From Octopus vulgaris (lineage: Eukaryota): DNA of 64,000 nt. The stretch covers positions 6,572,001 through 6,636,000 of the forward strand of contig CATOCA020000001.1 in NCBI GenBank assembly GCA_951406725.2, given 5' to 3'. The notes under the pieces were generated by a model. It ran no database searches. It was not told the DNA's origin and saw only the letters and a program-made list of their open reading frames with translations. Each line of letters begins with the position of its first letter. Position 1 is the first letter of the stretch. The translations under genes were made by a program, and so were the position numbers. This document shows positions 17,573-32,199 of this stretch, one piece after another.

Positions 17573-18299
17573 CTTATATATATATATATATATATAGGGA
17601 TCTACATACACAAACACATTTGGACACTTACACAAAAGATATACACATAAACACACAGACACATATATTCATAAATATATATATCGCAGGCAATGTAGGC
17701 AATGGTCAGCGACCGCCTTCTTCGATCAGGAATAGACAGCCTTCATCTTCATCATACATACATACATACATACACACATACATACATACATACATACATA
17801 CTTACATATATACATGCATACATATATGCCTATATACGAAACTGCCTACATGCATACACAATAAGTAGTTGCATGTATATATAAATACAGACAACGGTGA
17901 ATACATACGTAGGTATATACATACCTGCCCATACATGCATACATACACAGCAATATACTTACTTGCATATATAACTATATATACTTATATACATACATTC
18001 ATACACTCTCATTCGTATGCGTATATAGATATATAATTTTCAAAATCCGGTCTCGTACACAATGTAAAATACATTCAATGTTGACTCACTATTTTCTTTC
18101 TTTGACATTTCTAAAGAAATTCTAAAATATCTCAACTCACGCTCATTAAATTTATAATCTAAAGAAACTTGTCTCTTTTCAAATGTTAGATCAACTTTTA
18201 GGTCATAGTTAGGAAAACAGGTTAAGCACAAGTACATATGTACCCACACTTTTCCATTAATTTATCTATCTATCTGTCTAGCTAGCTAACTAATTTATG

Positions 18300-18743
<444 letters not shown>

Positions 18744-18762
18744 TGCATATATATATATAGAC

Positions 18763-18797
<35 letters not shown>

Positions 18798-18849
18798 AAT
18801 ATATGTATATGTATATATCTATATATGTATTTATATATGTATGTATGTG

Positions 18850-18882
<33 letters not shown>

Positions 18883-18984
18883 GTATGTCCTGGGTATAGC
18901 CGCCGTCAACTGAATCCAGTTGTAAGGTTCTACTTTGCCATTCCAAATTCTTGAGGAGTGTGGAACCATTCATTAGCAGTTATT

Positions 18985-19180
18985 CTTTTCGTTTCTACTC
19001 TAGATAGAAGGCCTAATATTTTGGGGGAGAAGGCCAGTCGATTAGATCGACTCTCATTAAGCAACTGGTACTTAATTTGTTGACCCAGACATAATGAAAG
19101 GCAAACTTAAAAACAGACGAAATACCGCTAAGAATTTTGCTCGGCGTGCTAACATTTCTGCCAGTTCACCGCTTTTTTGG
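18985..19180 (-). mobile_element. SINE family 2, degenerate
   Basis: Reverse complement of the head (GTGCTAACATTTCTGCCAGTTCACCGC) and of the tail. Confidence 0.7.
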
Positions 19181-19238
19181 AGAGATTCCGTTCCTCTTCA
19201 TTTGACATTGAATTTTGTGTTTTTGCCTGCTCTCGCCC

Positions 19239-19297
<59 letters not shown>

Positions 19298-19440
19298 AGA
19301 GAGAGAGAGAGAGAGAGATAAAGTTAATCCAAACAAGAAAACAAAAGACAACAACGCGAGGATGTGGAACAGATAAAGTATTATTGGGCGCTCAGGAAAG
19401 AAGGGATATATATATATATATATATATACATTTTCACATA

Positions 19441-19478
<38 letters not shown>

Positions 19479-19638
19479 GCATATATATATATACATGCTT
19501 GCATACATACGTACGTACATACATACATATATAACGCGTACGTACATGCATATACACATAATACATATATACCCATGTATGCAAACATACATTCATACAC
19601 ATATACATACATACACACATACATACATACATTTTCAC

Positions 19639-19675
<37 letters not shown>

Positions 19676-20300
19676 GCATATATATATATATACATGCTTG
19701 CATACATACGTAACACTTACATATACATACTTATACACATAATACATACATATACACACACATACATGTATACATACGTACATACATACATATATAACAC
19801 ATACATACATGCATATACACATAATACATAGATAACCATGTATGCATACATGCATTCATACATACATACATACATACACACATACATGCATACATACATG
19901 CATAATATATTTATATAGTCACTCAACCGTCCGGATAATCGGACGTCATTATTTCTTGCTGGTCACACTGCAATTCTTGACGCTGTTTTCAGGACTAAGG
20001 TTTATAAGTGACCAAGACAATGACATTCTCCCTAAACAGGGAACCAGTCGAACACAGGGTTATTTATTTTCAGCTCTGTTGACTGGAACAATTTGAAATT
20101 AGGTATTTGTTTCAGGACCTCAAAGCTGGAATTGGAAATCATGAGCACAAAATCAGGGGCTACATGACCTAATCACAGGATCACTCACCTTTCCAAAGTC
20201 TGTGTAGGTGTGGCTGTGTTTTGTGTGTGTGTATGAAAATTTTACAAGAAAACTGGTTTGACAAGATTTAAGTGGGTTTTATATAATCTACATACATATG

Positions 20301-20333
<33 letters not shown>

Positions 20334-20341
20334 TCTTATCC

Positions 20342-20372
<31 letters not shown>

Positions 20373-20772
20373 TAGGTTTTCAGACAATTATGGAGAGGTT
20401 ACGTCATACGAAATGAATTGAATTATACTTTGACATGACAAATTGTAAAGAGCATTCAAATTTGAATAAAAGATTTCGTGTTAGTCAGGGTGTGGCACGA
20501 AATTGAATCAGAGTAGTCACCTCCTGATTATTAAATAAGTAACAAACACATATTCATTACAGCTCGCTTCGTAAGGACACTTGGAACCACGCGTCTCGAA
20601 ACCATTTGAAATAAGGTAAAAAAAATTTTCTTGTCTTGAATCTTGAGAAATACAAATGTAGAAGGACTGGAAATAGAGTTTATATATATATATATATATA
20701 TATATGTATGGGGGCGTGTAAACAAAATATAAGATAGAGAATTCTAAAATAATTGTCAGTCTTTGAGACTGT

Positions 20773-21050
20773 AGGCATAGGAGTGGCTGAGTGGTAAGTA
20801 GCTTGATTACCAACCACCTGGTTCCGAGATCAGTCCCACTGTGTGGCAGCTTGGGCAAGTGTTTTCTACTATAGTCTCGGGCCAAACATGTACATATTTA
20901 CGACGGGGCTTTCTTCAGTTTCCGTCAACCAGATCCACTCACAAGGCTTTGGTCGGCCGAAGCTATAGTAGAAGTCACTCGCCCAAGGTGCGACGCAGTG
21001 GGACTGAACACGGAACCATGTGCTTGGTACGCAGGCTACTTAACACATAC
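20773..21050. mobile_element. Two abutting inverted SINE family 1 5' halves (+ 20773-20888, - 20900-21050)
   Basis: Both match the tRNA head and central region in opposite orientation. Confidence 0.8.
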
Positions 21051-21494
21051 CCCAACCCCGCTTATATTTCGAGAGTTATCTCCGCTTACTTGCCATCGAA
21101 CTTAGATCCGGCAACAGAAAATTTGAAATTAATTGGGACCCCGGATCCGTTGCAACCGTTTAAAACTAAACTGAGGTAAATTCATCTTTATTTCATTTGG
21201 GACCATTTAACGCTTGAATGAACATCCTTTCATCTTAAACTCTGTCTGTGTGTCTATAAATTAATGATACGATATTAATTATCGTAAAAGTGCGTGATCC
21301 AATTATGAGATCAGGAAATTAATGCTTTTGTTTTTCGTTACGAAACTTACAAGGGCGTGGCCGCTTTGTGGGGGACAGAGATGCAGGTAACACAGAGTAG
21401 GGTCTCTGTTAAGTCAGCCTGAAATGGTGGGGTTTTGTGTAGATGTTTTAACAAGGGTGGATTTCTCCGCTGTGGAAACTAGATACCATTTAAT

Positions 21495-21688
21495 TAAGAA
21501 GAGTGGTCCTGGTGCGCGCACTCGTTTACTCGCGCACGCGCGCTAGATAGTCGTGACTAGTCGATCCTACAACGACTACTTAGCAAAGTAAATGAAACAC
21601 AAAAACACAAAGTAAGGATCGACTAGTCACGACTAGCTTCCTCGGATGCGCTTGTACACGATTGCGCGCACGGGGACCACTCGTCTTA
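21495..21688. mobile_element. GC-rich fold-back/MITE-like element
   Basis: Outer ~35-bp imperfect inverted repeat and an inner perfect 21-bp one (TAGTCGTGACTAGTCGATCCT/AGGATCGACTAGTCACGACTA). TAA/TTA ends. Confidence 0.7.
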
Positions 21689-22606
21689 GGTTGTACCCTG
21701 TAAATTAATGTGTGTCTATAAATTAAAACTGAATGTGTGTGTGTGTGTACGTTTGTGTGTGCATGTGTGTGTGTGTGTATATATTATTGATCCGTTCTTT
21801 CTGCATCTGGATCCCCTTCATGTTACTAACCCTTACCAGTTGTTCAAGGGATCACTTATTCCAATGGTTTGTCTATTAACAGGGAAAATGATAATCTAAT
21901 CGTTCATTGCTGAGCAATTTTCAGTAAAGGCAAATGGAAACATACACACACACACACACATAGAAGAAGGTACTTGCCCAAGGTGTCATACAGTGGGCCA
22001 AAACTCTCCTGGTGTGAACATTTAAGGTGGTTTTAGACTCAAGTTTTGGCTGCTATGTCTAGTATGATGGTATCTCTTAGATACTCTTTTTCATAATTTT
22101 AATAATTTCGTGTATATATATACATGATTTGTGTATAATTATATGTGGTATATGTATATAACATGTTCCAGCTGGGGCGTGTTTGAACAATTCAGACGAA
22201 TAGAAGCCATATGTATTGAAATCTAAATTTTTGTCTACTCTCCATGTTTAAAATTTTATGGAAAGCGACAAGAAAATGCGTGGGTGAGAATGATAGAGAG
22301 AGAGAGAGTGGAAGAGAAATAGAATAAGAGATTAAGAGAGGGGGAAATAGATAGAATGAGAGATAGAGGGAGAAATAGATACATATATAATTAGACTTAG
22401 AGTGAGGGAGAGAATAAAACAGGTAGACAATCTAGTTTATCTAATCCCCCTCTCTATAAAGCTGTTCAATGTTCATTCTCACTCTCTTTTTGACTCTTTC
22501 TCACTCTCTCTGACTCTCTCCCACTAAAGAAGGACGTTGTGGAAGACAATTTAAATGCTAGAAATAGCAGCAAAACAACACCTTAGAAATATGCTATGAT
22601 GATTTT

Positions 22607-22660
<54 letters not shown>

Positions 22661-22728
22661 GTGTGTGTGTATATATATATATACATGTATATATGTGTGT
22701 ATATATATATCTATATATTTACATATAC

Positions 22729-22778
<50 letters not shown>

Positions 22779-22831
22779 GTATGTATATGTGTATGTATAT
22801 ATATATATATATATTTATATACATGCAAGTA

Positions 22832-22872
<41 letters not shown>

Positions 22873-23305
22873 ATATGTATGTATATATGAATATATATAT
22901 ATATATATATACATGCAAATATATATATGTCTATATATATATATATATATATATACATACATACATTTACCCACCCTCATTAGTGAGAGTGGTTGAATAT
23001 ATACTTTCATACATACTTATATATATATGTAGTTTCATAGTTGTTATTTCGTCAACCCTGAAATGATAATTTAGTGTTGAATAATAGAATTCGAACCCAG
23101 AATGTAGGCTCCCAGCAAATAACTATAAATAATACCAACAGGATATGTGGTTATCAAGACATAGCAGTAATTGACGCTTGTGTGTGTGTGTGTGCCCGTG
23201 CATGCGTGTGGGCGACTACTTCGATTTTGTTGTGTTTGTGTTTCTGTATATATCTGTGCATGTATGTATTGTTTTTTTTTTTATTATATATATATTATTA
23301 TATAT

Positions 23306-23658
<353 letters not shown>

Positions 23659-23662
23659 ATAT

Positions 23663-23715
<53 letters not shown>

Positions 23716-23977
23716 ATTTCTCGATGTACGTGTGCTCATAACAATATATTTATATATACAAATATATACATTCATATATAGAAAGTTGGTATAAATAATA
23801 CCAACAGGATATGTGGTTATCAAGACATAGTAGTAATTGACGCTTTGTGTGTGTGTGTGCCCGTGCATGCGTGTGGGCGACTGTTTCGATTTTTTGTGTT
23901 TGTGTATGTGTATATATATGCGCATGTATGTATGTGTATATACATATATAAATATGTATATATATATATATATGTAT

Positions 23978-24025
<48 letters not shown>

Positions 24026-25564
24026 ATTTCTCGATGTACGTGTGCTCATAACAATATATTTATATAGACAAATATATACATTCATATATAGAAAGCTGAA
24101 AAGTGACACGTGGCTGTGTGGTGAGAAGCTTGCTTACCTACCACATTGTTCTGAGTTCAATCTCACTGCGAGGCACCTTTGGTGAGTGTCTTATTCTATA
24201 GCCACGGTCTGACCCAATCCTTGTGAGTAGATTAGGTAGATGGAAACTGAAAGAAGCCCATCGGATGTATATATATATATATATGTTTGTGTTTGTGTTT
24301 GTCACCGCACCATCGCTTCACAACCAATGCTGTAGTGTTTACGTCCCCGTAACTTTGCGGTTCGGCAAAAGGTACCGATAGAATAAATACTAGACTTAAA
24401 AAGCAAGCAAATACATACATATATACGCACATATACATACACATATATATACATATATAAATAGTAAATAAAGTTACTTCTGTTGGCAGCTAGACGCATG
24501 GGAACAGTCTACCTTGGCATATATATTCCGCATATGGACGGGACAACAGTCCATCGCAGGGTGAGTCATTCTTGTCAAGGAATGTGAAATAAATTCCAAC
24601 TCATCGCAAATGTTCATTAAACTAAAACACGTAAAGCTCTTCGAGGCTCCAGCAAGGGCTGGTGGCGAACCCTGCTGTATTATTTCACCACAACTTTCTC
24701 TCACTCTGTCTTCCTGTTTCTGTTGTACCTGTATTTCAAAGGGGCCAGCCATGTCACACTATGTGTCACGCTGAATCTCACCGAGAACTACGTTAAGGGT
24801 ACACGTGTCTGTGGAGTACTCAGCTACTTGCATATTAATTTCACGAAGAGTCTAAGGCGGCGAACTGGCAGAAACGTTAGCCCGCCTGGCGAAATACTTA
24901 GCAGTATTTCGTCTGTCGCTACGTTCTGAGTTCAAATTCCGCCGAGGTCGACTTTGCCTTTCATCGTTTCGGGGTCGATTAAATAAGGACCAGTTACGCA
25001 CTGGGGTTGATATAATCGACTTCGTCCGTTTGTCTGTCCTTGTTCGTCCCCTCTGTGTTTAGCCCCCTGTTGGTAGTAAAGAAATAGGTATTTCGTCTGT
25101 CTTTACTTTCTGAGTTCAAATTCCGCCGAGGTCGACTTTGCCTTTCATCGTTTCGGGGTCGATTAAATAAGGGTCTGTTACGCACTGGGGTCGATATGAT
25201 CGACTTAATACCTATGTCTGTCCTTGTTTGCCCCTCTCTGTTTAGCCCCCTGTTGGTAGTAAAGAAATAGGTATTTCGTCTGTCTTTACTTTCTGAGTTC
25301 AAATTCCGTCGAGGTCGACTTTGCCTTTCATCCTTTCGGTGTAGATAAATCAAGTACAAGTTTCGTACTGGTGTAGATCTAATCGATGGCCCACTCCCCT
25401 AAAATTTCGGACTCTTGTGTCTAGAGTAGAAAAGAATTTCACGAGTAGTCTTCCGTTGACTGGATCAACTGGAAACCTCTTCGTCTCAACCGACGGAGTG
25501 CCATAGTAGTATATATGTACACGCACACACATATATCTATATATTCGTTTCTTTTCTTTTATTC

Positions 25565-25978
25565 GTTTCTTTTACTTGTTTCAGTCATTTTACTGCGGCC
25601 ATGCTGGAGCACCGCCTTTAATCGAGCAACTCGACCCCGGGACCTATTCTTTTGTAAGCCCAGTACTTATTCTATCGGTCTCTTTTGCCGAACCGCTAAG
25701 TAACGGGGACATAAACACACCAGCATCGGTTGTCAAGCAATGCTAGGGGGACAAACACAGACACAAACACACACACGCATATATATATATATACATATAT
25801 ACGACGGGCTTCTTTCAGTTTCCGTCTACCAAATCCACTCACAAGGCTTTGGTCGGCCCGAGGCTATAGTAGAAGACACTTGCCCAAGGTGCCACGCAGT
25901 GGGACTGAACCCGGAACCATGTGGTTGGTAAACAAGCTACTTACCACACAGCCACTCCTGCGCCTATATATATATATA

Positions 25979-26015
<37 letters not shown>

Positions 26016-26178
26016 GACAGGCTTCTTTCAGTTTCCGTCTACCAAATCCACTCACAAGGCTTTGGTCGGCCCGAGGCTATAGTAGAAGACACTTTCCCAA
26101 GGTGCCACGCAGTGGGACTGATCCCGGAACCATGTGGTTGGTAAACAAGCTACCTACCACACAGCCACTCCTGCGCCT
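25565..26178 (-). mobile_element. SINE family 1 with a tandemly duplicated 5' half (26013-26178)
   Basis: 25800-25965 is repeated at 26013-26178. The paralog at 12062-12450 has one copy. Confidence 0.88.
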
Positions 26179-28381
26179 ATATATACAAGATATATAAATA
26201 TTATTAAAGATAATGTTACTATCTAACAAGAATAAATGTTGATGACGAAGCTGTTTTGGTTGAAAGGATCTGAAGAATTAGTAAGGAAGAAGATAGGAGC
26301 TTGTTACCATGGTGGAAATGACCATAACTGATTTGATGGAAGTAAAACAGAAATACTATAGGGTGCAACCCGTGAAAAGTAAAGGCCAAGAATAGATACA
26401 GAGGTATGGAAGTCAAGAGAGAAGTGGGCTCCAGATGCGGGAGTTGGACGGGGGCACATGTGAAATTAACTTCACATAATCTCCAAGAGGATGTGTAGAA
26501 GTAACTCATAGTTTCTCTTCCTTGGGAGTGGGGTTTATGAGATTGTTTTTCCCTCACTCAAACTCTCCCTCTCTTTCACTCACACTCGTTCTCTCTGTGC
26601 CATTCTCTGTCCGTATCTTTTTATGCGCCCTTTTCAAGCCTAGTCAGCGCTCATGGGCCCGGTTTCCCGGTTTATGTGGCATATGTGTTCCCCAGCCGGA
26701 CGGGACGCCAGTCCATCACAGCGTTACCAAAGAAACAGGAAGAAAGTATGAGAGAAAGTTGGGACGAAAGAGTAGAACAGGGCTTCGCCACCACACCCTG
26801 CCTGAGCCTCGTGGAGCATTAGGTGTTTTCGCTCAATAAACACACACAACACACGGTCTGGGAATCGAAACCGCCATCCTCCGACCGCGAGTCCGCTCCC
26901 CTAACCACACAGCCATTGCGCCCTCACAAAATAAATTCGCCCTTTTAAAGCCTAGACAGGCTCATGGGCCCGGTTTCCCGGTTTCAATGGCGTATGTGAT
27001 CCCCAGCTGGAGGGGTCGCCAGTCCATCGCAGCGTTACTCATTTTTGCCAGCTGAGTGGACTGGAGCAACGTGAAATGAAGTGTTTTGCTCAAGAACCCA
27101 ACGCGTCGCCCCGTCCAGGAATCGAAACCACAATCGTGCGATCATGATGCTGACACCCTAACCACTAAGCCACGCGCCTACACCCTACGTCCTTATATAA
27201 ATAGAATAATCATCTACAAGTTGCACCTCGAGCTACAAATAATTCTGCTTACTACAATTATAAGGTTTTAACTTTTGCTAATTAATTATATCGACGCCAA
27301 AGTTAATCTTGAGAGAATTGTATCGACCCTCAAATGATAAAAGGTGACGGGATTCGAACCCAGAATGTAAATTACCAAGGAATAGTTATAAATATTACTA
27401 ACAAGTCATTGAGTGTGTCTCTAGTAGTAATTGTTAGTATGAAACAGGTGTGCCTGTGTGTGTGCGAATCGAAGAAAAGGTGTTTGTGTGACTTATGCCA
27501 CAATAAGCGAAGAGTGTTGTTACACTTGACTTAACATTAACAACTGAAGTCGCTTTTATAAAAAAAAAATTATACTTCTCTCACAGTAAACAACTCTATA
27601 TACACCCACATACGTCTCTCAAGTCTCACAAGTCAAACAAATCAATCCGGGGACATATCCTTTGTAAGCCGAGTACTTATCCTATCGATCTGTTTTGCCG
27701 AACAGCTAAGTTACGCGGACATAAACACACCAGGGGAGAGAGAGAGAGAGAGAGAGAGAGTGAGAGAAGGAGAGAAGGAGAGAAAGTGCGTGTGAGGCTA
27801 TTTAGGCAAGTGTGTTTACTGTTGCCTTGGGCCATCAAACTCTTGTGAGTGAATTTGGTGAACGGAAACTGAAAGAAGCCCGTCATATATATATATATAT
27901 ATATATGTATAATATTAGGGAATAAATCCAAAGTTACTGGGAAAAATTATATTCAGGATTAAATCCAATTTTATAGTATAAATATATTATATTGTATCAT
28001 ATTAAATTAGAGATAAAACCACTATTAGACAAATCAAACAGTGAAAAACATAAGCCAATACATAAAATTAATTTAAAAATATAAAAGTTAAACTTTAAAA
28101 AATTATTTACATAATTTATACTTATAAATTTTAAATATATATATACAAATATATATATATATATAAATGTGTGTATGTATGTATCTTTTATATTTATATA
28201 TTATTTTATTTAATAATTTATTAATTAATTAATTTATTTAATTATTTATTTATTAATTTATTTTATTATCATATAAATATCAAAAGTATTACAACTTTTA
28301 ATAATTTTGATACTTATATAATAAGAAAAAAAAATTAATTAATGAATAAAATAATATATAAATATAAAAATATACATACAT

Positions 28382-28419
<38 letters not shown>

Positions 28420-29220
28420 GTATTTGTATATATATATTTAAAATTTATAAGTTTAAATTATTTAAATAATTTTTTAAATTATAACTTTTATATTTTTAAA
28501 TCAATTTTATGCATTGGCTTATGTTTTTCACTGTTAGATTTGCCTAATAGTGGTTTTATCTCTAATTTAATATAATATATATATATAAATGTTTGCAGCT
28601 TGTTAAGAAGGTTCTGAAAACAATTACAGCACGGACATTTGATAAGAAACATAGAAGCAACTTCTATGAGATTTTCTTTCCTTTTATATCGACCTCCATA
28701 TTCAACTGGTCCTTATTTAATCGACCCTAAAAGCATAAAAGTCAAAGTTGACATTGGTGGAATTCGAACGCGGAATGTGAAGCTCCTGGGCAGGGCTCTA
28801 AACATTAGTAACAAGGTATTAGCTGGATGTGTGTGTGTGTGTGTGTGTGTAATGGTTAGGTGTGTGTGTGTGTGTGTATGTGTGTGTGTGTGTGTGTGTA
28901 TAATGGTTGGGTGTGTCACTTATTTTGTAATTGTTGAATAGTGTTTATCACCTGCTGACTTTAAACCTGACTAGACAAAATTTGTTTTGCCAAACAAAAG
29001 GTCGATTGTTAATCTAAGCCATTAAACGACTATCATCATCATCATCAACATCATCATCATTATCAAATCTGTACACACACACACTTGTCAGCATTTGTAT
29101 ATATATTCATATAAATATAGATGTATGTGCCTGCATATATATGCATTTATGCCTACATAGGTACCTGTGTATATATATATATATATATACGCGAGAATGA
29201 AGCAACAAGAATGGATAGGT

Positions 29221-29311
29221 TTTTAGTACAATCGTTTCATCCAAGGACAGGTTTTATTAAAAGTTGCAAAAATTACAGCATATAAACGTGTCCCGTACTC
29301 ATCAGCTAAAA
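29221..29311 (-). ncRNA. Minimal type I hammerhead ribozyme (palindrome left arm, mirror copy)
   Basis: Reverse complement of 30004-30094 with one substitution (GGAT vs GTAT) in stem II. Confidence 0.7.
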
Positions 29312-30003
29312 TACATGTGAGTTCTCTAGACATCCTAGTGGTTGAGGCTATACTCATGAAGTAATGTAGATAATTAAGTAACATAAACAGATTTCAAAAG
29401 TTCATTAAAGTTCTTTAAAGATGATGTACAGTCTTATCACAGAATTTTAAAAAAGTCTTAATAGCATCACAGAGAAGGTGACCTAATCCATAGTGCACAT
29501 ATGAATTTCCAGAGATATGATGAGGGATTACATACTCACAGAAGACAAATTTATCCATTGTTAATTACAACGAGGTGGGTTTCAATTCCTGCTTATTAGC
29601 ATTACAGAGAGGGTGAATTAATCCTTTGTATAGATGCACATTTTCCAATGGTGTAGGAAATTGGTGTAGGAAATTGTGCATCTATACAAAGGATTAATTC
29701 ACCCTCTCTGTAATGCTAATAAGCAGGAATTGAAACCCACCTCGTTGTAATTAACAATGGATAAATTTGTCTTCTGTGAGTATGTAATCCCTCATCATAT
29801 CTCTGGAAATTCATATGTGCACTATGGATTAGGTCACCTTCTCTGTGATGCTATTAAGACTTTTTTAAAATTCTGTGATAAGACTGTACATCATCTTTAA
29901 AGAACTTTAATGAACTTTTGAAATCTGTTTATGTTACTTAATTATCTACATTACTTCATGAGTATAGCCTCAACCACTAGGATGTCTAGAGAACTCACAT
30001 GTA

Positions 30004-30094
30004 TTTTAGCTGATGAGTACGGGACACGTTTATATGCTGTAATTTTTGCAACTTTTAATAAAACCTGTCCTTGTATGAAACGATTGTACTAAAA
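30004..30094 (+). ncRNA. Minimal type I hammerhead ribozyme (palindrome right arm)
   Basis: Stem I TTTTAG/CTAAAA, CTGATGA at 30010-16, long stem II GTACGGGACA...TGTCCTTGTAT, then GAAAC-gatt-GTA. Confidence 0.75.
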
Positions 30095-30238
30095 ACCTAT
30101 CCATTCTTGTTGCTTCATTCTCGCTTATAATCACCCCACATTACTGTATTGTTAAAACAGTATAGTTTTTTTTGGTGCATCTAAGTTAGGTACCATATTC
30201 AAGTAAATTCATTTAAATTAACTTGAATCTTTATTGCT

Positions 30239-30290
<52 letters not shown>

Positions 30291-30292
<2 letters not shown>

Positions 30293-30700
30293 TCTTTACT
30301 ATTTTATTTGTTTCAGTCATTTGACTGCGGCCATGCTGGAGCACCGCCTTTAGTCGATCAAATCGACCCCGGGACTTATTCTTTGTAAGCCCAGTACTTA
30401 TTCTATCGGTCTCTTTTGCCGAACCGCTAAGTAACGGGGACATAAACACACCAGCATCGGTTGTCAAGCAATGCTAAAGGGACAAACACAGACACACAAA
30501 CACACACACACATACACACATATATATACATATATACGACAGGCTTCTTTCAGTTTCCGTCTACCAAATCCACTCAAAATGCTTTGGTCGGTCCGAGACA
30601 ATAGTAGAAGACACTTGCCCAAGATGCCGCGCAGTGGGACTGAACCCGGAACCATGTGGTTGGTAAACAAGCTACTTACCACACAGCCACTCCTGCGCCT
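30291..30700 (-). mobile_element. SINE family 1
   Basis: Reverse complement of the family sequence. Confidence 0.9.
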
Positions 30701-30702
30701 GC

Positions 30703-30749
<47 letters not shown>

Positions 30750-31276
30750 CATACACATAATGGAAATTTATTAAAATAATTATGAAATAGTCATAAAGAT
30801 ATTTGCAAAAATTTATAAAGTAAGCACTTGTTGATAGTGTCTGTCGAAATATTCGCAAAGTAGATGAGATCAAATCAAAGATCAATACAGGAGGTTTTAT
30901 TGTACAAACTCTGTGTCATTGATTCTTTTACTAGTTTTCATAATTCTACCTTTCTTTAGAGAATCAATTTATTTTTCATATAAAGAGCCCCCACCCTAGC
31001 TGGGGTATGATCCACAGATTTATAGCTCAAGATGTAAGCAGAGGAATGTAGCTAACCTAGAGACACAACACGATGACTGTTGTTAGGTTTATTAGTGTCA
31101 TGAAGAACATTCAGCTATGAATAATACTTTAGATAAACTGAAGTTTACAATATCAATGTTATCTTTTGCAAGATTTTAGAACCATCAACTTCTGTTTATT
31201 GTTGTTTAATTTATTTTATAGGTTTTTAAAAACTGATTTGCTTTCTTTCTTTTTTGACTGATTTTATTCAAAAGAC

Positions 31277-31354
31277 ATGGCGGATTTCAGACAGAAAATT
31301 GAGAATGGTGACATTGAAGGAGTTAAAAATATGATAAGAACGAATCCAACAATA
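31277..31354 (+). CDS. Ankyrin-repeat gene, coding exon 1 (MADFRQKIENGDIEGVKNMIRTNPTI)
   Basis: ATG in GACATGG context with an in-frame TGA upstream (31259-61). Ends at ATA|gtaagt, phase 0, in frame with exon 2. Sequence resembles an N-terminal ankyrin capping helix. Candidate acceptors at 31220-21 or 31273-74. Confidence 0.75.
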
Positions 31355-32199
31355 GTAAGTTGTTCTGTTTATTGCCTTCTCAAATTTGACTGTTTATTAT
31401 TTTATACACAATATGAAATGTTTTATATACAATATGAAAAGTAGCCACATATATTTGTCCATGATATTTCATTTCTTTCTTCACCTCTTTTCTCTAATCC
31501 TCATCATCGACATTTTTATAAATATTTAACCAAACATTGAGACATGACAGAATTGATGGAATGTGAGTGAGAAAGAAATCCATCACACACTGCAATGGGG
31601 TGTTCTGGCGGGAAGTATTCAGTCCAAGAGATGAGAGACAGATGGAGCCGATAAATGGATGGTGACTTTTTAAAGAATTCCTCTTGCCATACAAAGTTGA
31701 AGGTTTGACTGGTGTCAAGTGCTACACCATTTTTTATTGAATTTTATACACATATGAAAACACTGGTGTGTCACATAGGAATCAAACCCCACTTTATAAA
31801 ACTGTACTGGTGTTCATTGAATCCAGAAAGACACCTAAAGGGACAAAGGTGAATTTTTTAATGAAGTTTAATTTACTATTGAAATATTGGAAGTTAGAAT
31901 GACAGGATGTCAGTCAATAGATGGGATAGTGTCTGCAGGAATATAGAGCAGGGCTTCTCATAGTGGTCACTACCACCAATGTGTGGGGGCCGTGGGAACA
32001 TGTTATATTAGTTTATGTATATATGGCACTCCAAGTGAGTTTGGCAGAATTAAAGGTTAAATAAGTAAAAAAAGCGAAGTGGTGATGCATCAAATATTTA
32101 CTTATTGTGAGGTGGTGTTGTGGTAAGTAGTCACCCACCAGGGTTGCGAGAAAGGTAAATAAATACCCCCTTCCCCCGAAAAATGGCTTCATTGAATAG

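Larger units (their letters stand above)
29191..30124. repeat. Near-perfect palindrome (456-bp arms, 22-bp spacer), probably an inverted pseudo-LTR of a Penelope-like element
   Basis: 29191-29646 is the reverse complement of 29669-30124, with about two mismatches seen by eye. Each arm contains a hammerhead. An unpaired tail (30125-30240) follows, and (TA)n flanks both sides. Confidence 0.9.

Noticed and set aside
20515-20610. CTGATTA...GAAAC hammerhead-like spacing
   Set aside because: Core mismatch at G8 and no supporting stems.
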